The notes below the pieces were generated by a model. It saw nothing but the letters and a program-made list of their open reading frames with translations, made no database searches and was not told where the DNA came from. Both the position numbers and the translations under genes were made by a program. DNA of 64,000 bases from Marsupella aquatica (lineage: Eukaryota; Plantae; Marchantiophyta), in the NCBI GenBank assembly GCA_973895155.1, contig OZ316897.1, positions 15,685,375 to 15,749,374 of the forward strand, written 5' to 3'. Below are positions 37,845 through 48,923 of this stretch, in pieces (within the stretch, counting starts at the first letter, position 1; each line of letters begins with the position of its first letter).

Positions 37845-40800
37845 ATGAGTGACTCGGAGGATACTATAAGAATTGATGTCGGTGGAGCTTCAGGATCGCG
37901 ACGGTCAGACCGAGAGTCTGAGAAGGAGCTGCTACCATTTGAGGAAGAACTAGTGACACCGGTAAGATCACCGGTGCGGCATGCAGTGGAGGAAGCTGTA
38001 CTACTACCAGAGCTATCGGTAGTGGGGAAGAAGAGAGAGATGGCTAGATTTGGAGGAGTGAAGTTTGAGGTGGAGAAGTACGATGGTTGTACTGATTACT
38101 TGCTCTGGGAGAAGCAAGTGAAGGGTGTTTTACGGGCCATGGGCTTAGCTCATCTGCTCTCTTCGCGAGAGCAGTATGATGGAGAGGAGGAGATTTCTGT
38201 GAGACAGTGGAGACAGGAGCAGGTGATTGCTGTCAATGCAGTGATGCTATATCTTAAGCCGCACATCATCAAGCAGCTGGATGATACTGCGGATTGCTCA
38301 TCACTGTTCAAGGCTCTCAGAGAGAAGTATTACCGGGAAGATGCGTCAGACCGGCTATACAAGAAGTCTCTCTTGATGAGCCTCAGACTCAAGGAAGGGA
38401 GCAAGATGCAGGATCACCTGGATGAGGTTGACAGTCTAGCGGTGGATTTGTCAAACCTAGGAAAAGGAGTTGAAGATGAGGATAAGGCCTTGCTTCTGCT
38501 AAGCTCCTTACCGCCATCATATCAGGGCTTGAAATAGGTGCTCTTGTACAGAGATCTAAAGTCCATTTCGTATAATAAGGTGGTGAGCTCCTTGTTGTCT
38601 GATGATGCTAAGAAGAAGTTGGGTCAATCACAGACAACATCTTCTTCTGGCACTGCGCTCAATGTGAACAGGGGAAGAGCAGCGCAGTGCACGAATGGGC
38701 AGAACAGGTTAGATCTACATCACGGGGGAGATCTAAATCCAGAGGGAAATCGCAAGAGAGGAAGCCTCTTGCATGTTGGAATTGTGGCAAGCCAGGCCAC
38801 ATGAAAAGGGATTGTCGAGTAAAGGTCCCTACTGCCTCTGCTAACGCAGCATCGAACTCGCATGAGGTAGATTTACTCGATGATGATGACATATTGTGAT
38901 GTCAACTGAAGGTTATGCTCTCAACGTAGTGTCAAATCGAGGTAGTGATGACTGGATTCTAGATAGTGCATGTACTTTTCACATTTGCTCTAGAAGAGAT
39001 TGTTTCAGTTCTTACACGGTTTCCAACGGGTCAGTGTTGATGGGAAATAGAATCCCATGTCAAGTTGTTGGACTTGGATCTGTAAGATTTCAGATGTTTG
39101 ATGGTGCTGTGAGAACATTGAGGAATGTGAGACATATTCCCAACATGATGAAAAATCTCATTTCACTTGGAGTTTTAGAAGCAAATGGCCATCAGTGGAG
39201 TTCTGCTAATGGTGTTCTTCAGGTTTCAACTGGTACTAAAGTTGTATTGAAGGGAAAGAGACATTACAATTTATACGTTTTGGAGGGTAATGTAGTTTAT
39301 GATGAAGCCAATGTAACCTTATCTCATGAGAAGACGGCCCGGCTGTGGCACTTCCGTTTGGGCCACATGAGTGAAAAAGGTTTAGTTATTATTCAGAAGA
39401 AAGGATTACTTTCTAATTTGCAATCTTGTAAGTTGGAATTTTGTGAGCACTGTGTGCTAGGGAAGCAGCACAGGAAACCCTTCGGAGTTGGAACTCACAC
39501 CAACAAGGAGGTACTTGAGTATGTACATAGTGATGTGTGGGGTCCAGCCCCTACTCCGTCACATTCTGGACGGTTATACTATGTCACGTTCATAGACGAT
39601 TACTCAAGGTATGTGTGGATATAATTTCTACACAATAAGTCTGATGTTTTTGCCACTTTTAAGGAGTGGAAAGCCCAAGTTGAGAATCAGACTGGTAATA
39701 AGGTGAGATATCTTCGATCGGATAACGGCGGTGAATACAATTCCAGGGAATTTGGAACGTATTGTAAGGAGCAGGGGATTACCCGCCATCTCACAACAAG
39801 TTATACTCCTCAACAGAATGGTGTTTTTGAGAGACTCAACCGAACACTATTGGACCGCTCGAGGAGTATGTTGAGTCAATCATGCTTACCACATGAGTTT
39901 TGGGCTGAAGCTGTCAACACTGCAGCTTATTTGGTAAATTTTTCTCCATCCAATTCTATTGGATTCAAGACGCCATTTGAAATGAGGTACGAGCGTCCAA
40001 CAAATTACTCACATCTAAGGATTTTTGGATGTGATGCTTATGTGCTTACACCTTCCCAGCTTCGATCCAAGCTAGAGTCCAAGTCGAAGAAGTGCATTTT
40101 CCTTGGTTATCAGAAAGGTGTGAAGGGTTATAGGTTATGGGATCCAGTAACCTGTAAGCTAATTGTCAGTAGAGATGTGTCCTTTAATGAATCCAGATCA
40201 TCAAAGGAGGGGGAAAGTTCTCAGGACTCCCATACTGACAAGGGGAAATCTCCCATCCCGGACGGAGTTGAGGGGGAGATTAGTCATGATGATGTTCATG
40301 ACAGGAGAGATGGAGAAGCATCGGGCTTGGAGCTGGTTCCTGTGATGGAACAAGAGGAGCAGATTGTTGCTGGGGTACTCAAATTCAACCAGCAGCAGTA
40401 GTAGATCAGCCTGAGTCATCTACTAGAAGAACTTCCAGTCGTTCTACTAGAGCTCCTACCAGGTATGGTCAATGGGCAGACTCATCTTAGCTAGATGATA
40501 TTGATATTGCACCTGATGATGATGACATGGCTTTGATCTTGGAAGAATGAGAGCCTTCTTCGTATAGTGAGGCTTGTGCTTCAGAGCAGAAGCATGAGTG
40601 AAATACAACAATGCAGAGGGAGTTGCAATCTTTGAGTGACAACAAGACATGAGAGCTGGTGAAGCTTCCAAGAGGTCAGCAAGTGGTGGACAACAAGTGG
40701 ATTTACAAGTTGAAGGATAGTCCTTCAGAGGATGGAGACAAGATCTACAAGGCAAGGCTTGTTGCCAAGGGATTCACTCAGGAGAAAGGAGTGGATTACA

Positions 40801-42117
40801 ATGAGGTCTTTTCACCGGTGGCTAAGTATTCCACAATTCGGATCTTATGTCAACTTGTTGTGTTTTTTGGTCTGGTGATGGATCAGATGGATGTTGTTAT
40901 TGCTTTTCTTTATGGCAACTTGGAAGAGATGATCTTCATGAGACAGCCACTAGGCTTTATGAAGAAGGGCCAAGAAAACTTAGTTTGTAGATTGCTCAAG
41001 TCCTTGTATGGATTGAAACAGTCTTGATGAACAAGCGGTTTGATGATTTCATGCTTGCTCAAGGTTTTACAAGGATGGTGTATGATCCTTGTGTGTATAC
41101 GAAATCAGTCAAGAATGATGTATTTGGTTTCATCATTCTGATGATCTATGTGGATGACATGCTGATTGTGGCTAAAGATCAATCTGAGGTTGATAGTCTC
41201 AAGGCGAAATTGAGTGCTGAATTCAGGATGAAGGATCTTGGTAAGGCCAAGAGGATCTTAGGGATGGAGATTTTTAGGAACTCTGAGACTGGACAGTTGT
41301 GCTTGAGTCAAGGCCAGTATGAGAGGAAAGTACTTGCACGATTCAACATGGAGAACTGTAAGCCAGTGAGTATTCTTTTAGCTTCACATTTCAAGTTATC
41401 ATCGACTTTCTCTCATACGGATGCTGTGGAGAAAGGTCAGATGGCTAAGATTCCTTATGAGAAGGCAGTAGACAGTCTGATGTATTTGATGACTTGTACT
41501 AGGCCTGACTTGGCCCTAGCGATGGGCAAGGTCAGCAGATTCATGTCAAATCTAGGGAAGGTACATTGGGAAGCTGTGAAATGCATTCTTAGGTATGTGA
41601 GGGGAACACAGGACTATGGATTACTATTTGATCTAACAGATCAGATAGAACGTTAGTTGGCTATGTAGATTCTGACTATGGAGGCTGTCTGGATACAAGG
41701 AGGTCTACAACTAGGTTTGTATACACTCTTGGAGGAGGATGTATCAGTTGGAAATCTACCTTGCAGAAGTGTATATCTCAGTCTACTATAGAAGCAGAGT
41801 ATGTTGCAACAGCAGAAGCAGCAAAGGAAGCAATTTGGTTGGATAAGTTGATTGCGGAGATGGGTTTAGAGCATGGCAAAATGACTCTAAACTGTGATAG
41901 TCAGAGTGCTCTTCACTTGGCTGCTAACCAGGTGATGGATAGCAGGGTGAAGCACATTGATATTAGGTACCATTTTATCAAGCAAGCAGTCTCTGATAAA
42001 ACTTTTGAGCTAGTCAAGATTGATGGAAAGCTCAATCCCGCTGATGCTTTTACCAAAGTGATTCCTTTGGAGAGTTTTTCAAGACACCGTGCCACTTTGC
42101 AGGTTTTGCGGTTGTAG
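37845..42117 (+). pseudogene. Copia-A gag-pol (Gag, CCHC, PR, IN, RT, RNase H), broken by stops and frameshifts
   Basis: FEVEKYDG, CWNCGKPGHMKRDC, WILDSACTFH, LWHFRLGH..CEHC, HSDVWGP, LRSDNGGEY, PQQNG, YKARLVAKGFTQ, YVDDML, EAEY, CDSQSA, KHIDIRYHFI, NPADAFTK. Confidence 0.93.
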
Positions 42118-43842
42118 TGCAAGTAGAGTTATTAAGCAATGTGTGACTATTTGTATATGGATTACTCATTCCTGTTAGGCTACGGCTTAGTTCTAGTTAA
42201 CCCTTAGTTAACCCTTGTGGTTTTTAGGGGGAGACCTGGTTTGGTGATTGTCTAGAACTTCCCGCTGAGGATTCCATATGGTAGCATTTAGTCTAGTCTC
42301 CAAGACAAGAGTCAAGGGGAAGTTTGTTAGATATTGCTCTAGTCTTGTGACTCATGAGCTAACCACAGTTAGTCTAACTCTGGTTAGGACTTAGCTAATG
42401 TTAGCGGTAGTGCTGGTGTGCATGTAGCCAGGGCTGATGCTAGACCTTGGTGGAACTTAGGCTCATTGTTACGGAGCTAGTTGAGAGATAGGGAGAGCTT
42501 GTGCTGTGGATGCTTGGTATGGCCGGTCAGCCTAGAGTGCAATAAAGCTCTTGTGTGTTCCCATGGACGTAGCCTCATGTGGAGGTGAACCACGTATCTC
42601 TCTGTGTCGACTATTGTGCGTTAGATGGTTCATGGGCTTGCCGTTACGAATGTTGTCTATGCTCAACACAAACGCATAGTCGTCCTCCTGTATGGAGGGC
42701 CCTCTGGGTGTGGTACTCCTGCTCTTGAATCAACCTTCTACATATGGTCACATCACCAAAAAATGAAGTTTTTACGAATAAATGTCTAAGACCAGATTTG
42801 GAAATCCTGCGATGTCTACAGGAGTTGATCGAACGGACAGATTTGGAAAGCACTGCGTTGTCTAGTTGGTCAAACGGGCCTTAGACTATTGAGATGTGGT
42901 CTCTTGTATTTACAACACTATTCGATAAACTTACATTAATACAGACCTGGCTACTACCTTAATTACCGAGAAGGGGAACCGCATCCTCGTCACAATGGTC
43001 GTACACATCGAAGAAACTACTCTCTGATGACAACTCCTTTCGAATTGTCACAAATCGATGACGACCATGCTACTTTCGGAGCTGCCACAGGCTCAATTCC
43101 TACACCATGAATCAACTTTGGGGTCGTCAACCTCGTTTCCACGAACTGGTTCCATATTCAAATGACCCCCACAAACATAAATCTTCCCATATACGATGTT
43201 AAGATTAAAATCTTGTCTGGATTCTGTCATATTTGCACATTGCTTCCATTTCCTGTGTCCTGCCAAATCCAACATATATACAGTATTGAAACTTCGCTAT
43301 GATTCCTCATTCTGTACGACCGTGCTCCTTCCAAAATGTACATTTTGCAATCCATCAAAACACATCGGCAGCGAACTGGGAATCGTGCGAACTCTCGCAT
43401 CGTGGACTAGGTGACCTTGAAGTTGAAGAAAATTTTCTCATGTATATTAGTCCCCTAACGATGGGTCATTAAGTACAGGTCTGGGACGAGAGAGTCCCGC
43501 AGAATACGAGTTGATAAGGAAAGCATGACTGGACAGGAGAGTTGCAACGAGACTAGACAGAGCGGACAAGAGCTGCATGCAGCGTGCCTAATATAACCAG
43601 GCAGCCCACCTTAAACAAAGGGAGCCTGGTTGTCCTAATTAATCCCGGTCAGCAAGATTTACGTATGCTAAATTCCAACACCCCCTCTCGAGCTAGGCTC
43701 GATAGAAACTCAGACACAACTGTCATAGAGGTGAGGTAGAGAATCTACACAATCAATAAGTGGTAAGTAAGGTTGATAATGTACCCCGATGGGTAGAGAG
43801 CTCAATCTAAGACTAGTCGATTGAGTGTCAAGCAGGGGGAAG

Positions 43843-44328
43843 ATGGCCCAGAAGAATATCACACTGCGAGAGTCATGTATCTTTTTGTTGCTGGCAGTGA
43901 TGGGATTCGTCTCTACGTTCCTGCGATATCTACACAGTTTGTTGCAGTCGGCTGAGGGGCCAGCAGATTCTGCTGGTGACAATTGTTCAGAGACGGTGAA
44001 TGGATCAGGGCTAAACGAGAAGCGGCAGTCTCAAGAACTTGTAACAGTGCCAGATGTCACAGCAGTGTCAAGTCGAACGTCAGATTCAGTCTATGCTCCT
44101 CCGCTAGACAGCCCAGTTGGCCTAAGTGACATGCCACCGCGGCGCTATTATGCAGTAGTGGTTGGATTTCGACCAGGCATCTACTTATCGTGGGAGGAGT
44201 GTCAGCCTCAAGTCTCAGGATTTAGAGGCAACAAATTTAAGTCGTTTAGAACTCAATCTGAGGCAGAAGAGTATTTGAGCCGTGAGACTAGTCTGCTTGG
44301 TCGGACTGGTGGAAGACGAATGGTGTAG
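43843..44328 (+). CDS. Antisense accessory ORF of Copia-B: hydrophobic anchor + RNase H1 N-terminal/caulimovirus viroplasmin domain (161 aa)
   Basis: CIFLLLAVMGFVSTFLRYL hydrophobic segment; S/D/P-rich linker; YYAVVVGFRPGIYLSWEECQPQVSGFRGNKFKSFRTQSEAEEYL matches the HBD/Cauli_VI pattern YYAVxxGxxxGIYxxWxECxxQVxGFxGxxFKxFxTxxEA. Confidence 0.8.
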   Translation: MAQKNITLRESCIFLLLAVMGFVSTFLRYLHSLLQSAEGPADSAGDNCSETVNGSGLNEKRQSQELVTVPDVTAVSSRTSDSVYAPPLDSPVGLSDMPPRRYYAVVVGFRPGIYLSWEECQPQVSGFRGNKFKSFRTQSEAEEYLSRETSLLGRTGGRRMV

Positions 44329-44385
44329 GTGAAAGTACTAGATAGTATGTTTACCAAGAGAATTCCACGAAGATTCAGAAGTGTA

Positions 44386-47300
44386 TCACCGCGTTATAAT
44401 TGAAGATGGTTCAATCGTTGCAAGTTCTTTTGCTGACCTCATTCCGATTGCTTGCCGATGATGCTCAAACTTGATTCTCGGTAGAACCTTCGTGAGGATG
44501 TCGGCTGGTTGATCATGTGTAGAGACATGTTGAACTGAAAGCTCACCAGCTAGTACTCGCTCTCGTATAAAGTGGTGATGAATTTCCAGATGCTTGGTTC
44601 TTGCGTGGAAGACAGGAGTTTTTGCTAGTTTCAATGCACTGATGTTATCGCAGCTTAGGTGCACGTCCTGCTGAGTGGGTATATGAGCAGTTGAGAGATC
44701 AGATGCAATCTTGGCATCCTTGCACTTTATATTGGCCGGTGTGAGTTTTTGTTGTCGTAGCTCCTCAATAAGGCGTTTCAAATAGACACCCTCTTGAGCT
44801 CCGTCTGACAATGCCTGGTACTCAGCTTTGAACAGTGGTTGACCTAGACACCGTGGGTTGCCGCTTGCTGCTCCATGTGATCGGTCCTGAGGCAAGGGTG
44901 AACAGGTACCCTCTTGTTGACCTTCTCGTATCGGAGCATGAGCTTCCCCAGTCTGAATCTGTGAATCCTTGTAGCTTAATGTCGGGATATTGTTGAAAGA
45001 ATATCCCAAGGTCTTTGGTGTTACTGATATACCTGAGGATGTGAATTGCTGCTTCCCAATGGGCTTGTTGGGGTTGAGACATAAATCTACTGACAAGTCC
45101 TACCGCAAACGAGATGTCGGGCCTTGTATTGGTCAAGTAAATGAGTTTTCCTACAAGTTGACAATATGTTGTTGAGTCGATATTGCTGGTGCCAGTCTTA
45201 GCCGAGAGTGTGAGCCCTTCGGGAAGTGGAGTTTTTGTTGGTCTGCACTCGATCATATTGTAGTCTGGCAGCAACTGTGTCGAGTACTCAGTTTGATGCA
45301 TGAGTATTCCTTGATTATTCACCGAGAAGTCCACCCCGAGGTATCTTTTCACCGGCCCTAGATCTTTCATTTCGTACTTCGCGCTCAGCTTGGCCTTGAG
45401 ATGATTGATTAGATCCTTGCCGGTACCAGTGATGAGAAGGTCATCGACAAACAGCAGTATCACTACTAATTCTCCATCCGTTTTACACACATAGAGATTT
45501 GGATCAAGAGAGCTTCGTTCACAATCAATTGAACGAAGAAAGGAATCTACCTCATCATACCATGCTCGTGGACTTTGCTTGAGTCCATATATGGATTTGA
45601 GAAGTCGACATACTAGATTCTCCTTCCCCTTGACTTCGAAACCCGTTGGTTGATCCATGAATATAGTTTCCTTGATTGTTCCATTCAAGAAGGCTGTTAC
45701 CATGTCCATTTGAGAGATTGACCATCCGTACGCAGCAGCTAAGGCAACTATAAGCCTTACAGTGGACCATCTCACCACTGGTGCAAACGTTTCCTGAAAA
45801 TCCAGTCCCGGTCTTTGCTCATTCCCTCTGGCCACTATTCATGCTTTGTGTCAGATGTTTCCCTCATGATCTATCTTATTCCTGAGAATCCACTTGGAAG
45901 AGAGCGATTTCTCACCAGGTGGAAGCTGAACCAAATCCCATGTGCCGTTGCGCTTGTGAGCATCCATCTCTGATTTCATTGCTTCTCTCCATTGCGTGTC
46001 TTGGATGGCGTCTTCGAGGTGGATGTTGTTTGAAGATTCAGCTAGTAGTGCAATGGCAATATCCTGATCTGCAGTTGCAACATACATATGATGACCCAAA
46101 AAACGGTGATTATCTAACCTGATTCGAGTGGAAGGAGGTCGGCATGGCGGTAGAGGCTTGGATTTGAGTAGTCGTGTGGTGATTGATGGAGCCGATATAT
46201 CTGGAGTATGCTGGAGTGGCTCCTGTACTTCTTGATCTTCCGATTGATTTTCTGCTTGAGGGCCCATGTCCGGGCCCATGTCTTCTCTTTCTTCTCGTTC
46301 TAGTGTTGAGTCCCCCTCTTGAGGGTTAATGAGACCCTCACTGACAAGAGAGGGAGATGGGGTTGATGAGATTTGGTCATCAAAAGAAAATACATCAAAG
46401 AGACTGATAGATGAGTGGGGTACAGAGGAGAAGTCCCCAGGTGTGGTTTCATCAACTATTACATCATGACTTATAAGAATGCATCGGCGAACTGGGTCGT
46501 AACAACGGTAGGCTTTGCTTTGTTGATCGTAACCGACTAGAACGGATTTAATAGATCGGGCTCCAAGTTTGCGACGTAGATGTTTGGGGACATGGACAAA
46601 GGCAGTACTGCCAATGATACGAAGGTGTTTAAGATAGGGATTCTCATTGAAGAGAGCTTGATAGGGAGTGCTTTGATTAAGTGCTCGAGTGCTGCAGCGA
46701 TTGTTGAGATAGTTAGCAGTGCCAACCAGTTCTCCCCATAGAAAGGCGGGAATATTTGACCCAATAGAGAGACTACGAACAATGTTGAGAAGTGTTCTAT
46801 TTTTGCGTTCTGCAACTTACTCCATTTTGGTGAGGCGTATTGGCGACTGTGAGCTGACGGCGGATGCCGTGAGCGGTCAAGTACTGTGTAAAAGAATGAG
46901 ATAGAAACTCTCCTCCGCGGTCGCTCCGAAGACATGAGATTTTGTGAAGGAACTATGTCTTGAGACTTTGAAGGTTTTAAATGTGTCAAAAGCTTGGTCT
47001 TTGGTTTTGAGCAAGTAAACCCAAGAGTGACGTGAATAGTCATCGATAATGGTCATAATGTACCGATGTCCATGCGGGGTGACCACAGGAAGAGGTCCAC
47101 ACAAGTCGATGTGTAAAAGTTGAAGTGGTCGAGTTGACCTATGGCCTGATGCTTTGGGAATCTTTTGTCGATGATGTTTCGCTTGGACACAGGTTCCGCA
47201 AAGGTGGTGGGACAGTGGTATCATAGGAGTGCCGTTCACGAGTTGATTTTTTGTCATGTAATTTAGCCGTTGAAGACTGGCATGATCGGTCCTCTTGTGC

Positions 47301-48923
47301 CAAAGCTCACAGGTTGAATGTGGAGTGGATGTCGACTGGATCATGTTGCATGCTGTTGCCATGTGTTGGTGTTTGAGGAGACGGCTTGTGTCGTAGGTGC
47401 GAGTGGAGTCGATACCGTCGATGTCGGGACACTGCGGTAAATTGAGACGATATAGTCTACTGTGTGGATCTCGAAATCCTTTGAGAAATGTCTCAAAAGG
47501 TTTTCGATGGTCCATTATATAGCAGTAGTCAGAGTTGAACACGACGGTGTGACCCTTATCGGTTAGCTTTCCTATTGACATTAAGTTCCTAGTTACTCCC
47601 GGCATGTACAAAACATCAGAGAGAACTTTATTTCCAGAGATTTTGATGTGGCTAGTGCCAGATGTAGGCAACTTGGTTCCACTTGCCGTCAAAACATTGG
47701 TGCCATTTGACTTAATGGCGCTGAGCTTTGAGAATGACTCCTTATCATGAGAGATGTGAGTCGATGCTCCTGAATCTAATATCCAGGATTGTGCTTTGCC
47801 AGAGCTTCCTCATTCAAATTCAGTTAACATGGCCTCTATGGTTAGTGCAGACTTAGACCCACTATCCTCACCTTTGTCAGAGTCGCTATCACCTAAGTTG
47901 GTGCCTTCGGTGGAAAGATAGGACTTTGGGGCTGAATCCTTGAGATCTTTTTCCCTTGAGTGCATATCCCGAAGCTGAGTTACGCTCATGTTTTTGACTT
48001 CATGGTTGATTTGCTTCAGGAAGCAGTCTGCCTCCCAGTGGCCTCGTCAACCACAGTAGTTACAATTGTTGTCACCATGACCAGCTCCTCGTCCACGGGC
48101 TCCACCGGGGGCTGCTCTTCCTCGTCTGGCACGGCCCCTGCCTCGCCCTCCTGCATCATATTGACCGCCTGTGTTGTATTGACGTTGGTGAGTCATGAGC
48201 AGGGAGATCTCTTCTGAGTCATGACGAGGCTTGCGTTGCATTTCTTCAGCTTGGAGGTACTCCTCCAGATCTGCAAAAGTAGCATTTGTGTCTTTTGCAT
48301 ACAGGACACCGTAAATAGACTTGAAAGAAGACCAACTATCGGGTAAATTCCTGAGGACGATCTGAATCAGATCTTTATCAGGAATCTCTTCACCTACACA
48401 TCCGAGCTCCATGACGTGACGATCAACTTTCTTAAGATAGTCTTCTACCGAAGTGCCTTCAGTCATCTTGTACGTGCTCAACAAGGACAGACTTGAGATC
48501 GAGTATTCGCTGTAGAGCTGATGGCTCGTATTTTCGTTTGAGTGTTGCCCAAAGCTTGGACGGATCAGCACGTAACCTACGGACAGTAGGAAAGATGGAT
48601 GTGGTTACCGTCTTGGTAATGATGATTATTACCCGTTCTTTGTGTTTGTCGAGATCGGTGTTGGCTGCATCGGGAACTCCAGCGGTGGACCCACTGCTTG
48701 TAGATGCTCCAGACACTTGAGCTGACGAAGATCCCGATGCTGCCTGAGTGCTGGTTCCACTGCCCGTTCCACTGCTCCCATGGGTGGCAGGATTGACGAT
48801 GTACCATAGACCTTTCTCCCTCAGAATCTGTTCGAGGACGAATGCCCACATCGTGTAGTTCTGAGCGCCAACCAACTTGTCACTGTCTGAGAAAGTGATC
48901 TTGGTGGCGTCGGACGAAGACAT
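44386..48923 (-). pseudogene. Copia-B gag-pol, broken by frameshifts and stops
   Basis: KLVGAQNYTMW, CNYCG, WILDSGASTH, LWHKRTDH..CGTC, LHIDLCGP, SSKWI, RG.EQRPGLDFQETFAPV, LFVDDLL, GFTDSDW, CDNISA, RTKHLEIHHHFIRE, DQPADILTK. Confidence 0.93.

Larger units (their letters stand above)
31834..42668 (+). mobile_element. Full-length Ty1/copia LTR retrotransposon (Copia-A, Tnt1/Tork-like), degenerate, with nested insertions
   Basis: 344-bp LTRs 31834-32177 and 42325-42668 (14 differences counted by eye, all transitions). TSD CAAAC. PBS TGGTATCAGAAC at 32180 (tRNA-iMet type, 1 mismatch). PPT AAGGGGAAG at about 42314. Confidence 0.96.
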
